Positions 33,753 to 46,000 of a stretch of DNA of 64,000 bases are shown in pieces; position 1 is the first letter of the stretch; each line of letters starts with the position of its first letter. The stretch is from contig NC_090331.1 in NCBI RefSeq assembly GCF_035084215.1, positions 72,664,001 to 72,728,000 of the forward strand. Direction: 5' to 3'. The DNA is from Heptranchias perlo. Its lineage: Eukaryota. The notes under the pieces are model-generated. The model made no database searches. It had not been told where the DNA came from and saw only the letters and a program-made list of their open reading frames with translations. The translations under genes and the position numbers were made by a program.

Positions 33753-34923
33753 TTAGTAGATTGGGCAGATATATGTCAGATGAAGTTTAACACAGAGAAA
33801 TGTGGGATGATATATTTAAATAAATTTAGGAAGTACAGTGGAATCTGTCTTCTAAGACCATTTATTTTGCCATAGACATTCGGAATCTTCACCTTAACAC
33901 TGTACAGGTGGAAACGATTTTCAATCAAGACCTCTAAAGACAATTTTGTAAGTAAGATTCAGCCCACAAAGTTGTTCCCTGTCATTTTTTTTCCTTTACA
34001 TACAAAATTCTATTGTCTAAATTTATGTCCAAATACTGCTTCCTGGAACTAGTGAGGTCATTAATTCCAGGTAAAACAATTAGACACTATCATCCAGAAC
34101 CTGGTGCTGGTCACGTTCAGTAGGTGGTCTCCCATTGGAGGTTAATTATAACACAGAATATTGCAGTCGCATAAGATAGGTGATGTTTCATTATAAGTCT
34201 TAAAATACTGGTTCCATTGTGTACACTCAAACTTTCAAAGGAATACAGCAGCAGGGAGACTTAGGGATTCATAGACACAAATCTTTAAAAGTGGGTGCAA
34301 TATCTGGATGATATAAATAGGCGAATGGGGTACACATGCAAAGAGGGAATGATAAATCTGAAAAACTCATTGGTTGGGTTGCAATTAAAATGTTGTCTCC
34401 AGTTTTGGGCACCTTACTTTAGGAAAGATGTCAAGACCATGGAACGGTGCAGAAGACATTCACTAAGATGATATAAGCAATATGAGCTTTTAGTTCTGAG
34501 GAGAGACTAAAGAACCTGGGGCTATTTTAATTAGAGCAGAGAAGTTTAAGAGAACACCTCATAGGAGTCTTCAAAATCATATGGGGTTTTGATAAGTTAA
34601 ATAGGGGAAAGTTATTTCCATTGGCCAATGAGCCAGTTACTAAAGTCCATGAATTTAAAGATCATCACCAAAAGAAGGGAGGTTAGGAGAATGTTTTATT
34701 TTATTCAAAGGGACGTTGGAGTATGAGATGCCCATGTACAATCTCTGAAGATTGTGGTGATCAGATGACCTTCTCATGCAGGTCCAGCTCTAGGACATAA
34801 TAAAGGAAGATTCTCCTGGGTCTTCTCCTAGGCACACTGGATAGCCAATTGGGTGGGTTTCGTTACAAGTGTGCACTCTGACCCGCCGATTTTGCAATAT
34901 TTAATGTGCCCAGGCAATCCAAT

Positions 34924-35937
34924 GGGCTCAATTTTAGGGGGCAATTGCGGGTGCGTTGGGGGCGGGGGGGCTCCAAAAATCACGGAAATCCCATTTGGGT
35001 TCGGAAGCCGACTCCAACCCGTCGACTTCCGAGTTTCCCAGGGACCCACCTGTGTGCACGCCGGTGACCCGGAAACAGAAGTCCCACCGGCAATTAAAGC
35101 CGGCGAGATGACAGTTAAAGAGCCAAATGTACCAGTACTTAAGGCACTTTACCTGTGACAGATGAAATAATTGTAACGATTTTTTACTTACCTGGATGGC
35201 TTGCCCACTGCTTCTGATTCACGCCGAAGAGCCAGATCAGGAAAGAAGAAACTAAATACATTACATAAAACATCATAGAAGGAAGTTAAAACACAAAATG
35301 AACCTACCTTTGTATCCTACTCCGATGTCCAGCGTCTCCCTCTCTGATCTTCCCCTCTTCATCTCCCCAATGTCCTCCCGATGTCCTCCTCTTCATGCCC
35401 CCATCTTCCCCTCACCACCCCCCCACCCCCCCGATCTTCCCCTCTTCACCCCCGATCTTCCATTCTCCCCCCGGATCTTCCACTCTCCTCCCCACCCCCC
35501 GTCTTCTGTTCCAGCGCCGAATGATATCTCGCTCTCTCTCTTTTTCTCCCCCCACACCACCCCCCCACGTTGCAGCTCCTGACAGCAGCCAGCCTGTCAA
35601 TTAGGCTGGTTGCCGGGCACAAAACCTGGAGAGGACGTTAATCATCAGCAATCACCACGTGATCACGTCGGAAACAGTATGTTTTGTGGAAGCAGGAAGG
35701 GGAGAAGGAGCAGGAGGTGGAGAAGGAGCAGAAGGAGGAGAAGGTGCAAAAGGAGGAGAAGGAGCAGGAGAAGGAGAAGGAGCAGGAAGGGCAGGGGGAG
35801 CAGGAGCAGGAGGGGGAGGAGGAGCAGCAGCAGGAGGGGAAGGGGGACCAGGAGGTGGAGGGGGAGCATGAGTAAGGTTTGCCATGTGCACCTTCGCCCC
35901 TCCGCTGCCAACCCACCACCATTATAAAATCAACCCC
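34924..35937. mobile_element. Non-autonomous Harbinger derivative (about 1 kb) containing a purine-rich low-complexity tract
   Basis: TIRs GGGCTCAATTTTA / GGGGTTGATTTTA; TSD AAT (34921-34923, 35938-35940); first about 190 bp homologous to 8160-8345; (GGAGAA/GGAGCA)n at 35688-35868. Confidence 0.8.
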
Positions 35938-36792
35938 AATATGTCTGGGTGCATACCCAAGAGAATCTCCCCTATAGTGCTCAGAGAAACATTGGTTGAC
36001 TAGAACAGTGATCTCAATGGGAAAAAAATGTAAATCAAACCAATCACTGCAACAGTCTGACTGCTTAAATTATTGACCCATTTTGTACAAAGATGGGCCT
36101 ATTCAAATCTTTCTAGAATATGTCTGACACATTTTACTGAATTCTGTGAAAGACAATAGATAGCAAGGCACTCTGTCAATTAGAGTAAGATCCGGCATGG
36201 GCTCGATGGGCCGAATGGCCTCCTTCTGTGCTGTAACCATTCTATGATTTTATGCTCATAGAGCTGACTGACATAGTCAACAGAAATGTGAAATTTAATG
36301 AGGCTGCCATGATCCAAATTAATAACCATGAATAACATCCATTTTTGGCACAGTGACATTGCTAGCCATATTTAGATAGCAGTCTGGCCTATGGTGAACA
36401 TGGTTTTCCAGTCATTTACAACTGGTGTAAAACGTGACGTGGAAGATTAGGGCTGTAAATAATCACTGGAACCTAAAAGAACTGTACATCTGTTTCACTG
36501 ATATTTGATAGTAGCTAATTTTGAATATTAATTATAAAGAAGCTCAGCTGATATACAACCACCTATTGTAATTTTATGGATAGAACTTACTTCTATATCC
36601 TTGGTTTAATGATTTCATTAGCTGAGATCATTGAGCTAAAATACTCTGCATGAGATCCTCCTCAATGCAATTACTGTTCCAGTCTGGGAGATTCCAAAAT
36701 AAGTGAATTATATTCAAAAATATCAAGCAAAATGTATTTTATTATGGTCAGAAATATTTCAGCAAGACAAAATCGTTCTTTTCAAGAACAAT

Positions 36793-39188
36793 CTAGAAGT
36801 CCCTCATGCGCCTGAAAGATCCGATAGTTGCACAAGAGCCGCCCCAGTCACTGAATCTCCTGTATTCACCGGGTCTCATGAAGTACTGCCTTCCCATGTA
36901 GTTGGGATGTTCATAGAAGGTCCAGTAACCGTCCATCACATGGCAGGAGTGAATGTCACGGTAGCGGAAACGATCGTAGACAGATGGACAGTCATCCATG
37001 AATTCCATCATCTGTCCTCCAAAGTCAGGCCTCTCGTAAATCCTCATTCTGTAGTTTCCACCTCGGTACTGTAATATAAATAAGATCATATTAGCGATGC
37101 AGCTATAAATATATATTCGGTATATATGTAGAAAAGGGCGGTAGTTGAAAGCAAGTAGCTTATTGTTGAGTTCTTATATGTTAATGAGAGTAAAGCTGAA
37201 ACAATTTAGTAACATTTCCTGAGTCATTTCCTTGTTATCACCATGCAAACAATGTGTCAATTTTATACTGTAAACAGTGAAATGTTTGCAAAGATTTGAG
37301 CCTAATTAATCTATATAAATGAATGGTTTCTTAACTGGAGTAAAATTTGAATTATTTTTGTTCTTGGGACTGAGATTGAGTGATTTATCACAAGTTTAAG
37401 ATGCCTAAATGTCCAGTGAGAGTAGAGATTAGAAGAAACCTCACCCCCATCCCCTAACCCCCCCCACAGAGTACTAGATATTTGGAACAGATTCTCGGGG
37501 AAAGTATTTGAGATTGTGGAGCTTCGCTCCTTCAGAATCAATCTGGATAGGCATCTCATTGGAGCCTGTGGCAATTAATTACTTCTCAACACGCAGTGGT
37601 ACTCTGCTGTTCAGTCTAGAGATAGGAGAGGCTAAAGGCCATAATATTATCAAACACAAGCCAAGTTCAATAATAAGGATGTCAGAATACATGAACATTT
37701 TGGAGTTTTGCTGGATTATCTTTGAGGATCAGAGCTTTCTTTTTGCATAATGTTACCTGAAGAGATTAAGTGGCTGGGTTAGATTATATACACTCTGAAC
37801 AATGAAAGAACTTGATGTGGCAAATAGTTTTTTTTCCAGTTCCATGCTTTCAACAACAACAACAGCAACTTGCATTTATATAGTGTTTTTAATGTAGTAA
37901 AACGTCCCAAAGCACCTAACAGGAGCATTATCAACCGAAATTTGACACTGAGCCACACAAGGAAATATTAGGGCAGGCGATCAAAAGCTTGGTCAAAGAG
38001 GTAAGTTTTAAGGAGTGTCTTAAAGGAGGAGAGGTAAGGAGGTGGAGAGGTTTAGGGATGGAATTCCAGAGCTTAGGGCCTAGGCAGCTGAAGGCACAGC
38101 CACCAATGGTGGAGCGATGGAAATTGGGGATGCGTAAGAGGCTAGAATTGGAGGAATGCAGAGATCTTGGAGGGTTGTAGGTCTGGAGGAGGTTACAGAG
38201 ATAGGAAGGGGTGAGGTCATGGAGGGGTTTGAAAACAAGGATGGGAATTTTAAAATCGAGGCATTGCCAGACTGGGAGCCAGTGTAGGTCAGCGAGCACA
38301 GGGATGATGGGTGAACAGGACTTGGTGTGAGTTAGGATACAGGCAGCAGAGTTTTGGATGAGCTCAAGTTCATGCCTCAACTAGACTTACAGAATTGTTA
38401 GGGTTACAACCTATAAGAATAATGGTTGCATGCCCATCAGCAAGTTCTATTCAAGAACATTTCGGCATCAAAACTGTTAAACTTTTTCATATTCTAAAGT
38501 TCCAATCCAATAATGCACTCCTTAAATTTGATCAATAAAAACAACTAAATTATCCAATTAACCAGGCTTTATAAGATTTGCAGCATCTGAAATCATATGG
38601 CACACATAATTCTCTTTTCTAATGTTCAGACAAATATACTCCTGAGAACCTACCTGCGTAACTTCACTACTCTTAATAGCAATCTCAGCAAGACACAGCA
38701 AACACATAGAGATAACAGGCTGGGAGTAATGGCAAACATTTTTTAGAGAAGACACCCACAAATTCTATTGCTGACCACAGTGATTATTTTCTTGTCCTCA
38801 GTCAGTACTGAACATATAAACCGCCAAACTGTAACTTACATATGGGTAGGTGCGACATGACCTGATGTTGTCATTGAATCCCATCCAGCGCTGGTAGTCA
38901 GGATATTCTCCCTTCCTCAGAACATACTGGTATCCCATGTAATTGGGTTTCTCATACAGCACCCACCAGTCACTCTCAACACGGATGGAGTTACAGCGGC
39001 TGAAGTAAGAGTGCAGGTCAGCACAGTCAGTACTGCACTCGTAGTGCCGACCCAGGAAGTTCCTGTCCTCGTAAAAGATGATCTGTGGTGAACAAAAATC
39101 ACTTTCAGTCACTAATTTAGAAAATTAAGAGACATTTGATGAATAATTATAATAAATAAAATATAAAGGTTGTCCTTGCCTTTCCCAT
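36793..39188 (-). CDS. crygm: Gamma-crystallin (gammaM-type) gene 5, 3 exons, 175 aa; GC-AG intron 1
   Basis: Exon1 39180-39188 (MGK|GCAAG); exon2 38840-39082 ([16 protein letters not shown]...); exon3 36793-37068 (...[17 protein letters not shown]). Confidence 0.93.
37851..38372 (-). mobile_element. L2-clade LINE 3' fragment in intron 2 of gene 5
   Basis: ORF 37931-38380 LELIQNSAA...[11 protein letters not shown]...DFKI...AFS...PKLWNS; tail ctatataaatgcaagttgctgttgttgttg. Confidence 0.85.
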
Positions 39189-39247
39189 TTTGAGCTCACA
39201 GTTAGCTTAGCAACTGACTGACTGTTTAACTGTTACACACAGCTTGG

Positions 39248-39480
39248 TATTTATATGGTGGGCAGAAAGGCCTCTCTTGGCTATACCTTTGTTATTCTAA
39301 TTATTCAGGACTGAAAATCAGCAAAAAAGAAACAAAACACCTCCCAGCGTTACAAAGAAACACCTTAAAGACACCTGATGTGTCATTGAATCTTTTCATT
39401 TTGCTTCCACTTCATTTTAATTGTTCTTTTGCAAAGAAAAACAAAGTATTAAATTCATTGTGCTTCCTATACCCTAATTC
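39248..39480 (-). promoter_or_regulatory. Gene 5 proximal promoter
   Basis: TATAAATA 39248-39255; CTTTGTT about 39287; TTTTTTGCTGA about 39318-39328; CACCT...GACACCTGATGTGTCA block about 39361-39385. Confidence 0.7.
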
Positions 39481-39705
39481 TGCTGCACTTTTGACAATTA
39501 TGGCCTCACATCAGTTTCCGACATTTGTTTCACCAAGTGCAGTATAGCCATTTGGGTCTGCTTCCAAACTGGGGAAAACAGACGGGCAAAATTTGGTTTG
39601 GTCACAGTTGTGAGTATTTTCAGCTGCCATATAACTGTAAGCTGACTCTATTCTTCAGGTTGGATTTCCCATAAGCTTCCTTCAAGTGTAACTAGAAGTA
39701 TTTTG

Positions 39706-41613
39706 ATATGAGGTGGAAGCAACATGCTATAGACAGAGCTAAGCAATTCCACAAACAACAGATCAGATCAAAGCTCTGCAGTCCGGCCACATCCAGTCGT
39801 GAATGGTGGTGAACAATTAAACAACTAACGGGAGGAGGAGGCTCTGCAAACATCCCCATCCTCAATGATGGCGGAGTCCAGCACGTGAGTGCAAAAGACA
39901 AGGCTAAAGCGTTTGCAACCATCTTCAGCCAGAAGTGCCGAGTGGATGATCCATCTCGGCCTCCTCCTGATATCCTCACCATCACAGAAGCCAGTCTTCA
40001 GCCAATTCGATTCACTCCACGTGATATCAAGAAATGGCTGAGTGCACTGGACACAGCAAAGGCTATAGGCCCCGACAACATCCCAGCTGTAGTGCTGAAG
40101 GCTTGTGCTCCAGAACTAGCTGCGCCTCTAGCCAAGCTGTTCCAGTACAGCTACAACACTGGCATCTACCCGACAATGTGGAAAATTGCCCAGGTATGTC
40201 CTGTCCACAAAAAGCAGGACAAATCCAATCCGGCCAATTACCGCCCCATCAGTCTACTCTCAATCATCAGCAAAGTGATGGAAGGTGTCGTCGACAGTGC
40301 TAACAAGCGGCACTTACTCACCAATAACCTGCTCACCGATGCTCAGTTTGGGTTCCGCCAGGACCACTCGGCTCCAGACCTCATTACAGCCTTGGTCCGA
40401 CCATGGACAAAAGAGCTGAATTCCAGAGGTGAGGTGAGAGTGACTGCCCTTGACATCAAGGCAGCATTTGACCGAGTGTGGCACCAAGGAGCTCTAGTAA
40501 AATTGAAGTCAATGGGAATCAGGGGGAAAACTCTCCAGTGGCTGGAGTCATACCTAGCACAAAGGAAGATGGTAGTGGTTGTTGGAGGCCAATCATCTCA
40601 GCCCCAGGACATTGCTGCAGGAGTTCCTCAGGGCAGTGTCCTAGGCCCAACCATCTTCAGCTGCTTCATCAATGACCTTCCCTCCATCGTAAGGTCAAAA
40701 ATGGGGATGATCGCTGATGATTGCACAGTGTTCAGTTCCATTCGCAACCCCTCAAATAATGAAGCAGTCCGTGCCCGCATGCAGCAAGACTTGGACAACA
40801 TCCAGGCTTGGGCTCATAAGTGGCAAGTAACATTCTCACCAGATAAGTGCCAGGCAATGACCATCTCCAACAAGAGAGAGTCTAACCACCTCCCCTTGAC
40901 ATTCAACGACAGTACCATTGCCGAGTCCCCCACCATCAACATCCTGGGGGTCACCATTGACCAGAAACTTAACTGGACCAGCCATATAAATACTGTGGCT
41001 ACGAGAGCAGGTCAGAGGCTGGGTCTTCTGTGGCGGGTGACTCACCTCCAGATTCCCCAAAGCCTTTCCACCATCTACAAGGCACAAGTCAGGAGTGTGA
41101 TGGAATACTCTCCACTTGCCTGGATGAGTGCAGCTCCAATAACACTCAAGAAGCTCGACACCATCCAAGATAAAGCAGCCCGCTTGATTGGCACTCCATC
41201 CACCACCCTAAACATTCACTCCCTTCACCACCGGCGCACAGTGGCTGCAGTGTGTACCATCCACAGGATGCACTGCAGCAACTCGCCAAGGCTTCTTCGA
41301 AAGCACCTCCCAAACCCACGACCTCTACCACCTAGAAGGACAAGAGCAGCAGGCACATGGGAACAACACCACCTGCACGTTCCCCTCCAAGTCACACACC
41401 ATCCCGACTTGGAAATATATCGCCGTTCCTTCATCGTCGCTGGGTCAAAATCCTGGAACTCCCGATCTAACAGCACTGTGGGAGAACCGTCACCACGTGG
41501 ACTGCAGCGGTTCAAGAAGACGGCTCACCACCACCTTCTCAAGGGCAATTAGGGATGGGTAATAAAAGCTGGCCTCGCCAGCGACGCCCACATCCCATGA
41601 ACGAATAAAAAAA
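39706..41613 (+). mobile_element. 5'-truncated non-LTR retrotransposon (not CR1/L2; clade not assigned) with RT ORF 39885-41552 and A-tail
   Basis: [47 protein letters not shown]; ends cccatgaacgaataaaaaaaa; stop codon at about 39810. Confidence 0.9.
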
Positions 41614-42337
41614 AGGTGTAACTGTCTTTGCAACAGCAGTTTTGTAGATAGTATTTACAGGCAGCAGCTACAGATGATAATTGCTTTTTGGTTTAAAATT
41701 CAGTCCCTGCACAGTATTGTACTGTTTATACTTCCCCATTTTTATATTTGAAAGTAAGATTCTCTACGTTGTTCTTTCAATCACTCTTGACCATGGGCGG
41801 TCTTGAACTGTGGTTGAGCAGGTAGGGGATTGGATGATTCCTTGGGCTCCTCTGAACTGATCACTAGGACATTAGCAAAAGTGGCCTGGTGTTGATTCTA
41901 CTTTGGCCGGGGTGGGGGTTCTCATTCTTTTGGAAAAAGAGGTTGACTTGTGATCAAAATTTCTCCACAGTTGTACAGCTGAGACTCGAAATTCAACATT
42001 GTGGAGAATCGTGGCTGTGAAACCATAATCCGCTGGTGCCAAGATTCTGTGTCCGAAGAACCTTTGCTAGTCTGTGCTCACTGAATGAACCATCATACAG
42101 GCAGGTATGTTGCAGGAGTCAAGAGGCAGTGTGGCCATTGCTACATGTCCAGTCATCTGTAGGACCAGGGAAAGTAAGTCTTTAGGTCAGAGAATTACAA
42201 GATAAATTAGACACAATTACATAAAGCAGTAGAACCGACCATCTCAACACAACTTCTCTCAGTATCCCTGAGACTTTCAGAGGGAACTGCATTGTGAAGT
42301 TGTTTACAACACTTTTCTTTTATTTCCTCAAGCTAAT

Positions 42338-42510
42338 GGGGGTGAAATTCAACTTCAGCAGGGGCGCAAAATAGGCGGTAGCAGATTGGTCACCCTTTAT
42401 ATACCCCGCCGGACTTCAGTGGAAAGGAAAAATCAGGCTGGGTGTATAATGGGTGGCCAATCTACTACCACCCGCATCGCACCATCACCAAAGTTGAATT
42501 TCACACCCCC
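42338..42510. mobile_element. Small palindromic MITE
   Basis: GGGGTGAAATTCAACTT ... AAGTTGAATTTCACACCCC termini plus inner inverted repeat (ggtagcagattggtcaccc / gggtggccaatctactacc). Confidence 0.65.
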
Positions 42511-42643
42511 CCCACCTCCCCCCCACCCCGCTCCATGTGTCTACGGCTTGACATAAATTGAAAGACAAAAGGATAGCTGGTGGGGAAAAGTAAGTGTTGG
42601 ACAGATGCAGCTGGCTGTTCTCATGAGATTGGGAGAACCTCAA

Positions 42644-43005
42644 CCGCAGTGTGTACCATCCACAGGATGCACTGCAGCAAGGCTTCTTCGACAGTACCTC
42701 CCAAACCTGCGACCTCTACCACCTAGAAGGACAAGAGCAGCAGGCACATGGGAACAACACCACCTGCACGTTCCCCTCCAAGTCACACACCATCCTGACT
42801 TGGAAATATATCGCCGTTCCTTCATCGTCGTTGGGTCAAAATCCTGGAACTCCCTTCCTAACAGCACTGTGGGAGAACCGTCACCACACGGACTGCAGCA
42901 GTTCAAGAAGGCGACTCACCACCACCTTCTCAAGGGCAATTAGAGATGGGCAATAAATGCCGGCCTCGCCAGCGACGCCCACATCCCGTGAACGAATTTT
43001 TAAAA
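42644..43005 (+). mobile_element. 3' fragment of the same LINE family as 39706-41613
   Basis: High identity to 41246-41613. Confidence 0.9.
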
Positions 43006-43014
43006 ACGCTCCGC

Positions 43015-46000
43015 TGATCAGCACGCTCCACTAGTTGGCACGTTCCGCCGGTCAGCATCCTCCACCAGTCAGCATCCTCCACCAGTCAGCACCCTCCGCC
43101 AGTCAGCATCCTCCACCAGTCAGCATCCTCCGCCAGTCAGCACGCTCAGCCAGTAAGCATCCTCCACCAGTCAGCATCCTCCACCAGTCAGCACCCTCCG
43201 CCAGTCAGCACGCTCAGCCAGTCAGCATCCTCCGCCAGTCAGCACCCTCCACCAGTCAGCACCCTCCGCCAGTCAGCATCCTCCACCAGTCAGCACCCTC
43301 CGCCAGTCAGCACCCTCCGCCAGTCAGCATCCTCCGCCAGTCAGCATCCTCCACCAGTCAGCATCCTCCACCAGTCAGCATCCTCAGCCAGTAAGCACCC
43401 TCCGCCAGTCAGCATCCTCCGCCAGTCAGCATCCTCCGCCAGTCAGCATCCTCCGCCAGTAAGCACGCTCAGCCAGTCAGCATCCTCAGCCAGTCAGCAT
43501 CCTCCGCCAGTCAGCACCCTCCACCAGTCAGCATCCTCCACCAGTCAGCACCCTCCACCAGTCAGCATCCTCCACCAGTCAGCAACCTCCGCCAGTCAAC
43601 ATCCTCCGCCAGTCAGCATCCTCCGCCAGTCAGCACCCTCCGCCAGTCAGCATCCTCCACCAGTCAGCATCCTCCACCAGTCAGCACCCTCCGCCGGTCA
43701 GTATCCTCCGCCGGTCAGCACCCTCCGCCGGTCAGCACCCTCCGCCAGTCAGCATCCTCCGCCAGTCAGCATCCTCCGCCAGTCAGCACGCTCAGCCAGT
43801 CAGCATCCTCCGCCAGTCAGCACCCTCCACCAGTCAGCACCCTCCGCCAGTCAGCATCCTCCACCAGTCAGCACCCTCCGCCAGTCAGCACCCTCCGCCA
43901 GTCAGCATCCTCCGCCAGTCAGCATCCTCCACCAGTCAGCATCCTCCACCAGTCAGCATCCTCAGCCAGTAAGCACCCTCCGCCAGTCAGCATCCTCCGC
44001 CAGTCAGCATCCTCCGCCAGTCAGCATCCTCCGCCAGTAAGCACGCTCAGCCAGTCAGCATCCTCAGCCAGTCAGCATCCTCCGCCAGTCAGCACCCTCC
44101 ACCAGTCAGCATCCTCCACCAGTCAGCACCCTCCACCAGTCAGCATCCTCCACCAGTCAGCAACCTCCGCCAGTCAACATCCTCCGCCAGTCAGCATCCT
44201 CCGCCAGTCAGCACCCTCCGCCAGTCAGCATCCTCCACCAGTCAGCATCCTCCACCAGTCAGCACCCTCCGCCGGTCAGTATCCTCCGCCGGTCAGCACC
44301 CTCCGCCGGTCAGCACCCTCCGCCAGTCAGCATCCTCCGCCAGTCAGCATCCTCCGCCAGTCAGCACGCTCAGCCAGTCAGCATCCTCCACCAGTCAGCA
44401 CCCTCCGCCAGTCAGCATCCTCCGCCAGTCAGCATCCTCCACCAGTCAGCATCCTCCACCAGTCAGCACCCTCCGCCAGTCAGCATCCTCCGCCAGTAAG
44501 CATCCTCCACCAGTCAGCATCCTCCGCCAGTCAGCATCCTCCGCCAGTCAGCATCCTCCACCAGTCAGCACCCTCCGCCGGTCAGTATCCTCCACCAGTC
44601 AGCATCCTCCACCAGTCAGCACCCTCCGCCGGTCAGTATCCTCCGCCAGTCAGCATCCTCCACCAGTCAGCACCCTCCACCAGTCAGCATCCTCCACCAG
44701 TCAGCACCCTCCGCCGGTCAGTATCCTCCACCAGTCAGCATCCTCCACCAGTCAGCACCCTCCGCCGGTCAGTATCCTCCACCAGTCAGCATCCTCCACC
44801 AGTCAGCACCCTCCGCCGGTCAGTACCCTCCGCCGGTCAGCATCCTCCACCAGTCAGCACCCTCCGCCGGTCAGTATCCTCCACCAGTCAGCATCCTCCA
44901 CCAGTCAGCACCCTCCGCCGGTCAGTATCCTCCGCCAGTCAGCATCCTCCACCAGACAGCACACTCCGCCGGTCAGTACCCTCCGCCAGTCAGCATCCTC
45001 CACCAGTCAGCACCCTCCGCCAGTCAGCATCCTCCACCAGTCAGCACACTCCGCCGGTCAGTACCCTCCGCCAGTCAGCATCCTCCACCAGTCAGCACCC
45101 TCCGCCAGTCAGCATCCTCCGCCAGTCAGCACGCTCAGCCAGTCAGCATCCTCCACCAGTCAGCACCCTCCACCAGTCAGCATCCTCCACCAGTCAGCAT
45201 CCTCCACCAGTAAGCATCCTCCACCAGTCAGCACGCTCAGCCAGTCAGCATCCTCCACCAGTCAGCATCCTCCGCCAGTCAGCACGCTCAGCCAGTCAGC
45301 ATCCTCCACCAGTCAACATCCTCCGCCAGTCAGCACCCTCCGCCAGTCAGCACCCTCCGCCGGTCAGCACGCTCAGCCAGTAAGCATCCTCCACCAGTCA
45401 GCATCCTCCACCAGTCAGCATCCTCCGCCAGTCAGCACGCTCAGCCAGTCAGCATCCTCCACCAGTCAGCACCCTCCGCCGGTCAGCACGCTCAGCCAGT
45501 AAGCATCCTCCACCAGTCAGCATCCTCCACCAGTCAGCATCCTCCGCCGGTCAGCACGCTCAGCCAGTCAGCATCCTCCGCCAGTCAGCATCCTCCACCA
45601 GTCAGCACCCTCCACCAGTCAGCATCCTCCGCCAGTCAGCATCCTCCACCAGTCAGCATCCTCCACCAGTAAGCATCCTCCACCAGTCAGCACGCTCAGC
45701 CAGTCAGCATCCTCCACCAGTCAGCATCCTCCGCCAGTCAGCACGCTCAGCCAGTCAGCATCCTCCACCAGTCAGCATCCTCCGCCAGTCAGCACCCTCC
45801 GCCAGTCAGCACCCTCCGCCAGTCAGCACCCTCCGCCGGTCAGCACGCTCAGCCAGTCAGCATCCTCCACCAGTCAGCATCCTCCGCCAGTCAGCATCCT
45901 CCACCAGTCAGCATCCTCCGCCAGTCAGCACCCTCCGCCAGTCAGCATCCTCCACCAGTCAGCACCCTCCGCCGGTCAGCACGCTCAGCCAGTAAGCATC

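Larger units (their letters stand above)
32490..34720 (+). mobile_element. Very old fragmented CR1 ORF2 with an internal about 100-bp repeat (about 32811-32910 vs 33385-33480) and later insertions
   Basis: SQHEFVK, NLIEFFEE, FQKPFDKV, IYINDLD, QMKFNTEKC, QFWAPYFRKD, LEQRSLR traces. Confidence 0.65.

Noticed and set aside
35610-35927. Protamine-like, Gly/Ala-rich or poly-Leu ORFs
   Set aside because: Six-frame translations of a GGAGAA/GGAGCA low-complexity tract inside a MITE.
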